Notes under the pieces: model-generated | Told to the model about the DNA's origin: nothing | Database searches by the model: none | The model's input: only the letters and a program-made list of their open reading frames with translations | Shown: in pieces, positions 6,895 to 17,217 of the stretch | Layout of the letters: every line of letters begins with the position of its first letter | Numbering within the stretch: the stretch's first letter is position 1 | NCBI GenBank assembly: GCA_963719505.1 | Contig: CAVRCF010000001.1 | Location: forward strand, 1,184,001 to 1,248,000 | Direction: 5' to 3' | DNA: 64,000 nucleotides | DNA from: Halobacteriovoraceae bacterium | GTDB lineage: Bacteria > Bdellovibrionota > Bacteriovoracia > Bacteriovoracales > Bacteriovoracaceae | Program-made: the position numbers and the translations under genes

Positions 6895-9453
6895 ATGCAA
6901 AAAAGAATTTTAGCACTTCTTACATTCATAGCTGTCATGACCACTTCATGTGGAGATCTTTTCATGACGGACAAAAATAAAAGCTCACTTGGAAGTAATA
7001 TATTAGGAGCGAATTGTGCTTTTGATTCAAAGGCTTTCTCAAGAATTTTAGAAGAAAATATAAAAGGCGATATTCTTTGCCTTGAAGAAAAAATAGATAT
7101 GTTTATCAAGTTCGTTAGAACAGATAGGCCAGGCTTTGTTTCTAAGAAGACCTTATTAGAAGTTCTCGACACAGATATTGTTGATCTAGGGGATGAAGAT
7201 ATCACTCCTTTAATTGACTCAATTTTTGATTTAAGTTTTGTCATTTTTGGAGGTGACAATGGTTACATATCAGAAGGTGATGTCGATAAAATATTTGATC
7301 TCATGATCTACTTCAATGAAAAAATTTACCTTAATGTTTATAAGTACTTTGTAAATGAGGATCAAGTCAACTTCGAGAGACATGAGTATGCAAGAAACCA
7401 AGTCTATAATGGGATGGCCCTTATTTCTGATCGACTTAAGACACTGACTGACGGTGGCTCTTTGTCGAGGTTAGATACGATAAACTCTGAAGAATTTTTA
7501 CAGAACTTCTTTGGAGAAGATGAAGATCGTCTCTCTAAAGTTAAATCTTTTATGTTCTTAAAGAAAGTTTTTCTCGGTGGTGAAAAGTACTCACTAACAA
7601 ACAGAGAGATGCTCGACGCTATAGAGAAGCTTCCTGAGTTAACGCTTGTTGCGCTAGACTTGAGCCAAGCGACCAATTTCATTTTTAAAGATGATCTTCG
7701 TCAAATGCTTATGGTTTATAATAACGATGCAAAATTAGTTAGAAACAATCTTTTCTATGATCAAAATAGTACTCAGAAACTTTTTTCATTGTATGATCTT
7801 TTTGATTCTATAGAAAAAATTCTTCCTGAATTTGGTAACCCCGATGAGCAATTGCCAGATGTAGATTATGCCTTTCACTTGAGAAAGTATCCTCTAGAAA
7901 TTGTTGAAATAAAAAGAATACTCATGGGAAATACGACAGGGTCGGGGAACTTTAGTACTCAAGATATCTCAAAGCTTTTAACTCACGCTGAAAATGTTTT
8001 TGATGAGTCTGAATTCTTCTTCAAAATGTATGATTTTTATAAAGCTGACCTCAATTCATCAAGACCTGTATCAAGAGACTTTAGTGAATTCCCAACCAAT
8101 AGCGAAAGAGAGAGAGTCTATAGAGATCACTTTGCAAGCATCGCTTACAATTACAAATATTTTAAAGGAAATCGAAAAGCTCCCGTTTTTGGACACGAAT
8201 ATAAGAGAAATGCTTCAGGTCTTGTAGAGATTAGAGCGCTTGAATATCTTGTTACTGAAATTATGAAGACCTATGGTAAACAAGACGATGCTGCTCGTGG
8301 TGGCTATCATATGGAACTCATTCCGCATGTTAAGCCTCTAATTGATAATTTAAAACGACTGCTTCGCGACATTGGTCTGACTAAAGTTGGAAGAAGTTAC
8401 AAAAGAGATAGAGATGGAAATATTCTACCTTTCCCTGAAGGTGGCTTTGCACCAGAAGTAACAAGTACAGCTGAAAACCTTGTTCTAATGTCGACTTTGT
8501 TTCAAAACCAATCTGACGGATGTGACAGTAAGAATAATGGACCTTGTATGGAGGTTCCAGAAATAACAGAGTTTTTTGTAGGTGTGTTAACGGCCCTCAG
8601 TGTAAAAGAGTCTTTCAATAAGCTAATGCACGAAGAATGTGGCAACGATGTTGACGAATTTGGAAGATTTCATGTGAGATGTTTTAGAGAGAAATTTATT
8701 ACGGTTCTGAATAAACCTTACGATAATGAAGGAAATAAACTCTCTGATTCTATGCCTCTTTTATATTCATTTACTCAGGAGCTAACAGATAGTCTTCCAG
8801 ACGGTGCGAGTCCAACTGAGTCTACAAGTTACTTAAAGTTTATTAATGAAACAGATGCCTTCACACGGACTTGTAATTTTACTAAAGATGAAGATGGACA
8901 ACAGATCGATATTCCAATGACTGAAGATGATGCCTTTGGATTTTTTGCTGGCCTATTAAATGTTGAATCAACTCTTTTGAGATTCGATGTGAATGAGAAT
9001 AATAAAATGGATGATGGTTGTGATGATCGAATCTTAAGAAAATATAGAATCTGTAAGAAGACCTCATCAGAGGTGAATGAAGTTAATAATGCTTATTATG
9101 AAGTCTACGAAAGTGCGATTCAGGGCTTAGTTGCTCCAAATGGTGGATTCATGACAAAGCTGTCAAAATCAATTTTTCAATACCTTATAAAGTATGGAAA
9201 GGTTCCTGACACATCTAATTTTGGAAGTCTTTGGGCTTACGCTAAATTCCTTGTACGAATTAATAAGAAGGCTGATGCAAGTAGAACAACAATTGCAACC
9301 GTTTTGAAAACTCTTGGTGAAGAGTCCGCAAATGCGAAAGACTATCCTTTCAAGTGTGAAGAGTGCGTTGTTGGTGATCCATCTATCAAGTGTGAACCAG
9401 ATGATGGTGTTTCTTGGGATTATGACTGGAATAGCCAAGATATTTCTCTTTAA
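6895..9453 (+). CDS. Large hypothetical lipoprotein
   Basis: 852-aa ORF, lipobox-like TTSC. Confidence 0.8.
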   Translation: MQKRILALLTFIAVMTTSCGDLFMTDKNKSSLGSNILGANCAFDSKAFSRILEENIKGDILCLEEKIDMFIKFVRTDRPGFVSKKTLLEVLDTDIVDLGDEDITPLIDSIFDLSFVIFGGDNGYISEGDVDKIFDLMIYFNEKIYLNVYKYFVNEDQVNFERHEYARNQVYNGMALISDRLKTLTDGGSLSRLDTINSEEFLQNFFGEDEDRLSKVKSFMFLKKVFLGGEKYSLTNREMLDAIEKLPELTLVALDLSQATNFIFKDDLRQMLMVYNNDAKLVRNNLFYDQNSTQKLFSLYDLFDSIEKILPEFGNPDEQLPDVDYAFHLRKYPLEIVEIKRILMGNTTGSGNFSTQDISKLLTHAENVFDESEFFFKMYDFYKADLNSSRPVSRDFSEFPTNSERERVYRDHFASIAYNYKYFKGNRKAPVFGHEYKRNASGLVEIRALEYLVTEIMKTYGKQDDAARGGYHMELIPHVKPLIDNLKRLLRDIGLTKVGRSYKRDRDGNILPFPEGGFAPEVTSTAENLVLMSTLFQNQSDGCDSKNNGPCMEVPEITEFFVGVLTALSVKESFNKLMHEECGNDVDEFGRFHVRCFREKFITVLNKPYDNEGNKLSDSMPLLYSFTQELTDSLPDGASPTESTSYLKFINETDAFTRTCNFTKDEDGQQIDIPMTEDDAFGFFAGLLNVESTLLRFDVNENNKMDDGCDDRILRKYRICKKTSSEVNEVNNAYYEVYESAIQGLVAPNGGFMTKLSKSIFQYLIKYGKVPDTSNFGSLWAYAKFLVRINKKADASRTTIATVLKTLGEESANAKDYPFKCEECVVGDPSIKCEPDDGVSWDYDWNSQDISL

Positions 9454-9477
9454 ATTGAGTATAATATAAAAAATAAC

Positions 9478-9502
9478 AAGCCCCAGTCGATGGGGCTTTT
9501 TT
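9478..9502 (+). terminator. Intrinsic terminator
   Basis: AAGCCCCA-gtcga-TGGGGCTT followed by a T-run. Confidence 0.75.
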
Positions 9503-9515
9503 AATGAGGTAAGAG

Positions 9516-10112
9516 ATGAAAAATTTATTAGTATTAGGAGTTGTTGCTCTAGCGTTTTCTTGTTCTTCAAGAAAGCTTCAAAAAGACTATAAAGTAGTAG
9601 ATGCAAGTCAAATGGAGATTCCTGAGTGGATTTCAGAGTACGAAGAATACCTTGAGGATGTCGATACAAAAAAATTCAATTTTTATAAGTACGAGACAGA
9701 GCCTAAAAATAATAGAGAGATGGCTTGTAAAATTGCTAAGGCTGAAGCTTCAAGTCATGTTGCTGGAGAGCTTAAGACAAAGATCAAGGATGTTCTAACA
9801 AAGTCTACTGAAGGTGATGCTACGGAGCTAGGTGGGAAGTTAGACGAGTATGTTAGCAACACGATGGTTATGGATATTGAAAGTAGTTTGAGTGGTTTAA
9901 AGATTGCAAAGACATACTGGGAAAAAAGAGCATATTCAAAAGAGCTTGGGGCAACGAACGACTATAGAGCTTGGTCTTGTTCAGTGCTTTTAAAGATTTC
10001 TAAAAAAGACTTAAAAAACTCACTTGCTAAAGTTGAAGCAAAAGCTGTTGAGCTTGCACCAAATAAAGCCAAAGAGAATGTTAAAAATATGATCGATAAG
10101 ATTGTTGAATAA
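9516..10112 (+). CDS. Lipoprotein, LPP20-like
   Basis: Lipobox AFSC; PEW motif; A...A...A pattern and YWEK typical of LPP20-type proteins. Confidence 0.6.
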   Translation: MKNLLVLGVVALAFSCSSRKLQKDYKVVDASQMEIPEWISEYEEYLEDVDTKKFNFYKYETEPKNNREMACKIAKAEASSHVAGELKTKIKDVLTKSTEGDATELGGKLDEYVSNTMVMDIESSLSGLKIAKTYWEKRAYSKELGATNDYRAWSCSVLLKISKKDLKNSLAKVEAKAVELAPNKAKENVKNMIDKIVE

Positions 10113-10738
10113 TGAATGAGCTAAGTCGTGTTCCAACCTATAGTGAACTCAAAGAAGAGGGGATTAAGTCTCTTATTTTTGATATGGATGGAACGCTTCT
10201 AAACTCTGAGGTTCTTCATGAAAAAGCTCTTATTGAACTTTTAGGAAAGAAAAAAGAGCCAACGAGAGAGCTTCTAGATCTCTTTGTTGGAGTTGCAGAA
10301 CCTTACGTTCACAAAACTTTACTAACTAAAGAAATTATTGATCCCATCTCTTTTACCGACTTTGTAAAACTCAAAAATGAAAAGTTTGTTGAATTTTTAA
10401 AGGACAAAGAAGTCTTCGATCAAGTTCTTAATCCTAAGGTGGTTGAGCTCATTGACGAGGCAAGATCCGATGGGCTTAAAGTTGCACTTGTCACGGCCAG
10501 CGAAAAAAATACGACTGATATTTTTTTAGACTCGTTGAACTTGAAAGGTAAATTCGATTTGATCTTAACCAGAGAAGATACAGAAAAAACAAAACCCAAT
10601 CCAATGCCTTATCTTGAGGCATTCAAAAGACTTGGCTTCAATGCTTCTGAATGTATCATATTTGAAGATTCAATTATTGGCTTGCAGGCTGCAATGGAGT
10701 CTAAAGCTAATGTTTATAAAGTTTCTTGGTATTACTGA
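10112..10738 (+). CDS. HAD-superfamily phosphatase (beta-phosphoglucomutase-like)
   Basis: FDMDGTL, VTAS, KPNP, FEDS..G motifs. Confidence 0.9.
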   Translation: MNELSRVPTYSELKEEGIKSLIFDMDGTLLNSEVLHEKALIELLGKKKEPTRELLDLFVGVAEPYVHKTLLTKEIIDPISFTDFVKLKNEKFVEFLKDKEVFDQVLNPKVVELIDEARSDGLKVALVTASEKNTTDIFLDSLNLKGKFDLILTREDTEKTKPNPMPYLEAFKRLGFNASECIIFEDSIIGLQAAMESKANVYKVSWYY

Positions 10739-11010
10739 AGATTATTTTCGTGAAAGTCTTTTTCATTAATTTTCACTTTGGGAAGTTCTTCATTAAATGA
10801 ATCTTTAATACTTATCGGTATCTGAATCGCTTTATACTTTTTGCCATTACTAAGTCTGATCCAATAACCATCAATCACATCTCTTTCAACCGTTGTCATC
10901 TTTATAGGTTTAATACTTATAATATGATCCGTGTTGATAAGGATGCTGGTGACTTCTTCAACTCGTTGAGCTTCATTGTGATTAATAATTTTAAAACGTG
11001 CTAGCTTCAT
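10732..11010 (-). CDS. Hypothetical protein (weak FlbD/SwrD-like pattern)
   Basis: 92 aa, GGAG RBS; IN...I..I....I.L.NGKKY pattern. Confidence 0.55.
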   Translation of the reverse strand: MKLARFKIINHNEAQRVEEVTSILINTDHIISIKPIKMTTVERDVIDGYWIRLSNGKKYKAIQIPISIKDSFNEELPKVKINEKDFHENNLQ

Positions 11011-11112
11011 ACTTTTCTCCGATAACTCACTGTATCAAAGAAAAGCTAAGTTTTTGATAGTCTTGAAAAAGTTACACTACTGTCAGGCCAGAGGTGGCAG
11101 AATCAAGAGATA

Positions 11113-11133
11113 AAGCCCCAATAATTGGGGCTT
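11113..11133. terminator. Hairpin terminator downstream of the 11141-11809 gene
   Basis: AAGCCCCAA-taa-TTGGGGCTT. Confidence 0.65.
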
Positions 11134-11140
11134 AGAGGCA

Positions 11141-11809
11141 TTACTTATAGAATTGATCAGCGATATCTTTTACGATGTAACCAATGGCATAGGGGACGGT
11201 AAAAGGCCTGTCGTCATTATGATTGTAAGCGTGACCATAGCCCATCTTATGAACCCATTCATGGGCCATATTAGCTGCAACGTCTTTGGGCGTCCATGAG
11301 GACAGTCTAAAGAACTTGGTATTAATCCAAATTCTCATTGTATCAGGGAGAGTATAACCTTTAACTTTGGACCACGGGTTTTTGCTTTTGTAGAGAGTTA
11401 AGTCAAAATTCATCACTCCAGGGCTTCCTGGCATGAGAACTTCCGCCCCTGTCATGAGATGATCATAAATCTCTTGATTCGTTTTTCCATTGTTTTCATT
11501 GAATTGTTTTTGTCCTTTGAAAGTGAAGTTTAGGACTCTTTCTTTAAACTCTTGGGAGTTCATTATCTTTAGCAAAAGGGTATTAGCTTGTTCTATTTTT
11601 TCCTTGTCAGCATTTCTCGTGAAATTTCTAAGATAGATATCAGTGGTTAGAGTCCCTCTCGCTGAGAGATCGAACTTTTTTAAATGTTCAGTAGACATGT
11701 CACTTGGACTTGAAGTTGCATCTATTTCAATAAAGTCGGCATAGCCGCTTGAGTAGGCTCCTTGAGATATAAAAACACTTAAAAATATAGTGAGTAGTGA
11801 CTTTTTCAT
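11141..11809 (-). CDS. Secreted zinc metalloprotease-like protein
   Basis: Signal peptide; HEWVHKMGYGH = HExxHxxGxxH. Confidence 0.75.
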   Translation of the reverse strand: MKKSLLTIFLSVFISQGAYSSGYADFIEIDATSSPSDMSTEHLKKFDLSARGTLTTDIYLRNFTRNADKEKIEQANTLLLKIMNSQEFKERVLNFTFKGQKQFNENNGKTNQEIYDHLMTGAEVLMPGSPGVMNFDLTLYKSKNPWSKVKGYTLPDTMRIWINTKFFRLSSWTPKDVAANMAHEWVHKMGYGHAYNHNDDRPFTVPYAIGYIVKDIADQFYK

Positions 11810-11915
11810 TGTCTTTCCTTTTTGATCTGTGATTGTGTGTGTTTAATTTTCGGAATTTGATGGATTTGAAATTAAGCTTATTACCAAAGAGGAAATTTTT
11901 GCTTAGGAAGTTACA

Positions 11916-12512
11916 ATGAATTTAGACAGTGTGTTGGAGTCTACTTATCAAAACTTTGAGCTCGATGGGCCAAAGCTGAGAAGAGAGTCTCTCAATAAAA
12001 GAATGCAAGCACTAAATGAGCAGGGTAAAGACTGTTCTAATTGCTCGGGATTCTGCTGTACTTCTGCCCACAACTCAATGCTCATCACTCCGCTGGAGGC
12101 CCTTGAGCTTTACTCCTACCTAAACAGAAAAAACCGTGTCACCGAAGAATTAGTGGATCGTTTAAAGCAAAATATATCTGAGTTTAGGTTAGATAAAGAA
12201 TTACTTGTGGGCTCTGGTAGAGTCTTTCGCCGCAATTATACTTGTCCATTTTATAGGCATGAAGGTTTTGGTTGCTCTATTTCACCCAAGCACAAACCTT
12301 ATGGCTGTCTCAGCTTCAATTCGACTGCCAGTGGTGTCAACTCCTCTGGGCACTGTAAAGTTTATGGAGAGGTAATAGAGGAGAGAGAAGCCATTTATAA
12401 AAAGAAAGAAGATAGTGCCAATGAGTATTTAAAGACGAAATTGGGACTTTACTGGGACAAGAAAAATATAAGTTCAGCCCTTATCGAATTGATCAATTTA
12501 ATCAAGCAATAA
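11916..12512 (+). CDS. YkgJ-family cysteine cluster protein
   Basis: CSNCSGFCC, CPF, CSI...KPYGC. Confidence 0.75.
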   Translation: MNLDSVLESTYQNFELDGPKLRRESLNKRMQALNEQGKDCSNCSGFCCTSAHNSMLITPLEALELYSYLNRKNRVTEELVDRLKQNISEFRLDKELLVGSGRVFRRNYTCPFYRHEGFGCSISPKHKPYGCLSFNSTASGVNSSGHCKVYGEVIEEREAIYKKKEDSANEYLKTKLGLYWDKKNISSALIELINLIKQ

Positions 12513-12604
12513 AAATAAAAATTTGTCTTTTGTTAATTCTAATTTCCTCTATAATTGTAGTGATTTAACTATATATTTGTTTGCTTTTTTAAGAGGAGAA
12601 ATCA

Positions 12605-14809
12605 ATGACTAAGCAAGTTCGTTTTCAGGCTAAATTAAACGCCTATAAAACCCAAACAAGAAAGTTTAATGTTCCATCAGATGTGAATGGAAAACCTCTT
12701 AGAGTAAGTGACTATTACGGGGAAAATGTTTTTAACTACGAAAATTCAGATATCCTAACAAAAAATGATAAAAAAGATATTTCTGATATTATTGGAAAGC
12801 GTAGAGATTTTGATCGAGACATTGCTGAGAAAATGGCAAATGCAGTATTGAGCTGGGCTCTGAGTAAAGGTGCAACACACTTCACTCACTGGTTCCAACC
12901 CCTCACTGGATCAACAGCTGAAAAGCACGATGCATTTTTAACTATTGAAGGTGGAAAACCAATTGAAAAACTATCTGCTTCTCAACTTATTCAAGGTGAA
13001 CCGGATGCTTCTTCTTTTCCAAATGGTGGATCGAGATCAACATTTGAAGCTAGAGGGTATACGTCTTGGGACTTAACTTCTCCTATCTTTTTAAGAATTG
13101 CCGAAAACGGTAAAACACTTTGTATCCCAACAGCTTTTGTTTCTTACTTAGGTGACGCTCTAGATATTAAAACTCCACTTTTAAGATCGATCACTAAGCT
13201 TTCAAAGGCTGCTATTGAGTTTTGTAATTTAACGAATTCCTCTTCACGTGAGTCTGACAAAATCGATGCTATTGATATTACAATCGGCTGTGAGCAAGAA
13301 TATTTTTTAGTTGATAAATCTCTCTATTTTGAAAGACCTGACCTTGTTATGGGCGGGCGAACAGTTTTTGGTGCATCTACTTCTAGAAACCAGCAACTAG
13401 ATGATCACTACTTTGGTACGGTTCCTGATAGAATTTTGGCTTTTATGCAAGAGGTTGAGGTTGAGTTATATAGACTAGGGATTCCTGCTAAAACTAGGCA
13501 TAACGAAGTTGCTCCTGGGCAATTTGAACTTGCACCTATTTTTTCAAGCGCAAACGTAGCTGTCGATCAAAATCAAATTATTATGGCCATACTGCAATCA
13601 GTTGCACTAAAGCACGACTTTGTTTGTTTGCTTCACGAGAAACCTTTTCAAGGAATTAATGGTTCAGGGAAACACTTGAACTGGGCCATGGGTGGTAAAG
13701 GGGTTGGAAATCTTCTAGAACCAACAGAGACTCCTCATACGAACTATAGATTTTTGGCCATGATTGCGATCATTTGTGAAGCGGTTTATCGCCACGGCGG
13801 ACCTTTGAGAACAGCGATTGCAAGTCATTCAAATGATCACCGTCTCGGTGCCAATGAAGCACCTCCTAGTATTATTTCCGTTTTCTTGGGAGATACTTTA
13901 ACGGCAATTTTAGATGCTTACTCTTCTGGGGAAAAATATGACGATAAGAGTGAAACTTTCCTCGATCTAAAAGCTGAGCAACTGGCAAGACTTGTCAAAG
14001 ATAACACCGACAGGAACAGAACTTCGCCATTTGCCTTTACCGGAAATAAGTTTGAGTTTAGAGCCGTTGGATCTTCGCAGAATGTTGGTATTCCAGCGAC
14101 AGTTTTAAACGGAGCAGTTGCTTCTGTTTTAACTGAGATGAATGTTCGAATAAAAAAAGAAAAAGAAGAAGGAAAATCAATTGATGATGTTTTAATGGGT
14201 ATTACAAAAGACCTTTACAACAACTCAAAAAATGTTGTCTTCAACGGTGATGGATACTCTCAAGCTTGGCAAGATGAAGCGGCTAAAAGAGGACTTCCAA
14301 ACCTTAAGACATCACCAGATGCCCTAAGAGTTATGAAAGACGCAAAAGCTAATGAATTTCTTATAAACCAAGGAATCTATACAGCATCAGAAATTGAAAC
14401 AAGATACAATGTAAGAGTTGAGCGCTACTGTAAATGTAGAGAGATTGAATTTTCAACTCTTATTTCAATGATTCAAAAAGATGTATTGCCAGCGGCAATA
14501 AAATATAAAAATGAAATTGCCAGCTCTATTGTGAACCAAAAAGCTGCTGGGGTCGAAGCTAAAGCTGACCTGCAGATTCTAAAACTTATCAACACGCATG
14601 TTGAAGATCTTATGAACAATACTCAAAAGCTTCATAAAATGCTTGAAGAGAATGAAGGTCAAGATGATATCAACTATGCAGATAAGATAGCTAAAGAGAT
14701 GTTCCCATTATCTGAAAAGATTGGTCTCATTGTCTCTGAGCTCGAAGAAAACGTGTCAGAAGAGATTTGGCCACTACCAACATACTTTGATTTACTTTTT
14801 ATACGATAA
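12605..14809 (+). CDS. glnA: Glutamine synthetase type III
   Basis: 734 aa; THFTHWFQPLTG.TAEKHD, GEPDASSFP, HNEVAPGQFE, HEKPF.GINGSGKH, DRNRTSPFAFTGNKFEFR. Confidence 0.97.
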   Translation: MTKQVRFQAKLNAYKTQTRKFNVPSDVNGKPLRVSDYYGENVFNYENSDILTKNDKKDISDIIGKRRDFDRDIAEKMANAVLSWALSKGATHFTHWFQPLTGSTAEKHDAFLTIEGGKPIEKLSASQLIQGEPDASSFPNGGSRSTFEARGYTSWDLTSPIFLRIAENGKTLCIPTAFVSYLGDALDIKTPLLRSITKLSKAAIEFCNLTNSSSRESDKIDAIDITIGCEQEYFLVDKSLYFERPDLVMGGRTVFGASTSRNQQLDDHYFGTVPDRILAFMQEVEVELYRLGIPAKTRHNEVAPGQFELAPIFSSANVAVDQNQIIMAILQSVALKHDFVCLLHEKPFQGINGSGKHLNWAMGGKGVGNLLEPTETPHTNYRFLAMIAIICEAVYRHGGPLRTAIASHSNDHRLGANEAPPSIISVFLGDTLTAILDAYSSGEKYDDKSETFLDLKAEQLARLVKDNTDRNRTSPFAFTGNKFEFRAVGSSQNVGIPATVLNGAVASVLTEMNVRIKKEKEEGKSIDDVLMGITKDLYNNSKNVVFNGDGYSQAWQDEAAKRGLPNLKTSPDALRVMKDAKANEFLINQGIYTASEIETRYNVRVERYCKCREIEFSTLISMIQKDVLPAAIKYKNEIASSIVNQKAAGVEAKADLQILKLINTHVEDLMNNTQKLHKMLEENEGQDDINYADKIAKEMFPLSEKIGLIVSELEENVSEEIWPLPTYFDLLFIR

Positions 14810-14907
14810 TTGTGTTTTTTTGACCACAAACAGCATTGTGATTAAGTATTGATTTACATTCCCCTTTAGTTTTTCTATAAAAAGGAAAATTTAAAGGGGG
14901 AGTATTC

Positions 14908-15786
14908 ATGAGATCATTTTTGTCAGTCGCGTGTCTTTTGCTGTCATTCCAGGCAGTTGCAGGTCTAAAAGTTAAAATTATCGATATTATAGCTGAAGAA
15001 GAGTTTCTTTTATTAGCAGACAATGGTCTTGTTTACGAATTGACTAGTGATGACCCAGAAGTTCTCGACTTCGCTTTTTATGCAAAAGAGCATAATTTGG
15101 AAGTCGAAATTGTAAAGCCTCTCCTTAGCTTAGATGCTGTTTTTGATAATAGAGAGTCTGTAAGAACTCTTAAATTAGACTACACACCGAACTCTCAAAC
15201 TTCTCCAAAATTAAATGACAAGAATGTTTTAAATATCCCAACTCCACTTGATAATTATGAGGTGTCTAGCGTCTCAGAAGAAAAGGCAACAGAGCTATTT
15301 TCTTCAATGAGAACTGATACTAGAAGAAGGTCTCAGTGCTATAACCGAGCTCATGTTTGGACCTATGAACTAAGTAAAAAAGTTGTTAACGGTAAGAAGT
15401 TAGATCTTGGTAAAACTTGGCTATTTTTTACAAGAAAATACATTAGAGAATATAGATATAAGTGGTGGTTCCACATTGCTCCCTATATTAAGGCTGATTC
15501 ACAGGTAAGGGTTTTAGATAGAAAGTTTACAAAATCACCTCTTCCACTTCAAGAGTGGACGGACGAATTCATGCACAACAATGCAAAATGTAAGGTTATT
15601 GAATATTATAACGATTACAGAGAGAACCAAGAGGTAGAGTCATGCTTTATTATCAATTCTAGCATGTACTACTGGCAACCACTTCATATAGAGGGTTTAG
15701 CCGATGGTGATGCTGAACCGACAAGTTATAGTGAGTACTCTATTGAAAAAGCCTATAGAGATGCAATCAGAAGATGGAAAGAGTAG
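14908..15786 (+). CDS. Secreted protein-glutamine glutaminase family protein
   Basis: Signal peptide; Cys-His-Asp triad motifs QCYNRAH, WWFHIAP, VLD. Confidence 0.7.
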   Translation: MRSFLSVACLLLSFQAVAGLKVKIIDIIAEEEFLLLADNGLVYELTSDDPEVLDFAFYAKEHNLEVEIVKPLLSLDAVFDNRESVRTLKLDYTPNSQTSPKLNDKNVLNIPTPLDNYEVSSVSEEKATELFSSMRTDTRRRSQCYNRAHVWTYELSKKVVNGKKLDLGKTWLFFTRKYIREYRYKWWFHIAPYIKADSQVRVLDRKFTKSPLPLQEWTDEFMHNNAKCKVIEYYNDYRENQEVESCFIINSSMYYWQPLHIEGLADGDAEPTSYSEYSIEKAYRDAIRRWKE

Positions 15787-16400
15787 TGTTTAAAAAAAGC
15801 TTACTCTTTTTAGCCGTGAGCTTAGTTATATCTTGTGGAGGGCCTTCGGCCAGTGGAGAGCCAGATGGGGTCGATGCTGTTGACCACAGGCTCTTTGTCT
15901 CAAGTACGACAAATACTGGAAAATTTGAAGATGGATCCTTAGAGGGTTTAGCCGCAGCCGATAAGTTTTGTAATGATCTTGCTGAAGATGTGAATCTAAC
16001 GAGAGATTATAAAGCCGTAATGAGTGATAGCATCACTGACGCTAAGACAAGACTCTTTATAACAGGAGCAATCTATACAGTTGCAGGATCAGAAAAAACT
16101 TTAATTGCCGAGTCTGCAACTGATTTTTGGAACGCGAGTGCTACTGATTTAAAAAATAATATCTCAAGGGATGAAACAGGCGCCTTTTTGTCTGGAAACG
16201 ATCAAGTCTGGACTGGCTCAAGCTCAGCTGGAACGAAAAACACCACTCACTGTAGCGACTGGAAAGTCGAAGAAGCCGGTGTTAACGATCCAAATAAGGG
16301 TACGGTGGGAGAACTAAGCAGAATTGATGGCCTTTGGATTGATAATACAACTGAGGTTAATTGTAATCTCTCGCTGCGAGTCTATTGTATCTCCCAATAA
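15774..16400 (+). CDS. DUF1554 (endostatin/Len-like) lipoprotein
   Basis: Lipobox VISC; LFVSS...G.AAADKFC, YKAVMSD, VWTG, CSDW, C......YCISQ. Confidence 0.75.
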   Translation: MERVVFKKSLLFLAVSLVISCGGPSASGEPDGVDAVDHRLFVSSTTNTGKFEDGSLEGLAAADKFCNDLAEDVNLTRDYKAVMSDSITDAKTRLFITGAIYTVAGSEKTLIAESATDFWNASATDLKNNISRDETGAFLSGNDQVWTGSSSAGTKNTTHCSDWKVEEAGVNDPNKGTVGELSRIDGLWIDNTTEVNCNLSLRVYCISQ

Positions 16401-16594
16401 GGACTTGAAAATATTACATTTTTTTCTTTAATTTAAAAAAAAGATTTACAGATATAAAATCAAATTATAAAAGCTGAAAAAAATAATTAATTAACGATAA
16501 AAATGAGCTCATTTTTTGAAGGTTTTGAACTTAACTTGTATCTTATCAAGTTTAATAGAATCGGCCCTCGAGATGATGTCTCAAACGGTTTTGT

Positions 16595-16622
16595 AGGGCT
16601 CCTTAGGGAGCCCTTTTTTTTT
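16595..16622 (+). terminator. Intrinsic terminator
   Basis: AGGGCTCC-ttag-GGAGCCCT followed by a T-run. Confidence 0.8.
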
Positions 16623-16635
16623 GGAAAAGATCGCA

Positions 16636-17217
16636 ATGGAAACAATTATCAATGATGAAAGAGGATCACAGGTTCTCTTAGAGCAAAATTTCCTTTCAAA
16701 AGAAGTCTCCTCAAAGTTACTTGAAGAGATGGAAGGTCTGGAGTGGTCTAACCATTCCATTTTTATTTTTGGTAAGTGGGTTAAAGAGCCTCGCTCTGTG
16801 GCTTTTCTTGGTGATACTGGAGTAAGCTATACTTATTCCAAGCAAAACCTAGAGGCAAAAAATTGGACGCCACAGCTTTTAAGATTAAAAAATAAAATTA
16901 ATAAAGAATTTAACCTGGATGTTAACTCTGTCCTTATCAATAGCTATGAAAATGGCGAACAGTATATGGGCTGGCACTGTGACAATGAAAAAGAGCTCGG
17001 GAAAAGTCCAAGTATCTGTTCAATAAGTTTAGGTGCATCTCGAGACTTCCTCTTTCGAGATAAAAGTGACCACACTAAAAAAGTTAAAGTCGTTCTTGAA
17101 AATGGTGATCTACTTTTAATGGAAGGAAAAACTCAAGAGTTTTGGGACCACGCGCTTCCTAAAAGATTGAAAATTAAAAAGAGAAGAGTTAATCTGACTT
17201 TTCGACAGATTCTATAA
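16636..17217 (+). CDS. alkB: AlkB-family 2OG-Fe(II) dioxygenase (ALKBH2/3-like)
   Basis: EPR, YTYS, N.Y..G...MGWHCDNE, SISLG..RDF, W.HALPK, RVNLTFR. Confidence 0.9.
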   Translation: METIINDERGSQVLLEQNFLSKEVSSKLLEEMEGLEWSNHSIFIFGKWVKEPRSVAFLGDTGVSYTYSKQNLEAKNWTPQLLRLKNKINKEFNLDVNSVLINSYENGEQYMGWHCDNEKELGKSPSICSISLGASRDFLFRDKSDHTKKVKVVLENGDLLLMEGKTQEFWDHALPKRLKIKKRRVNLTFRQIL

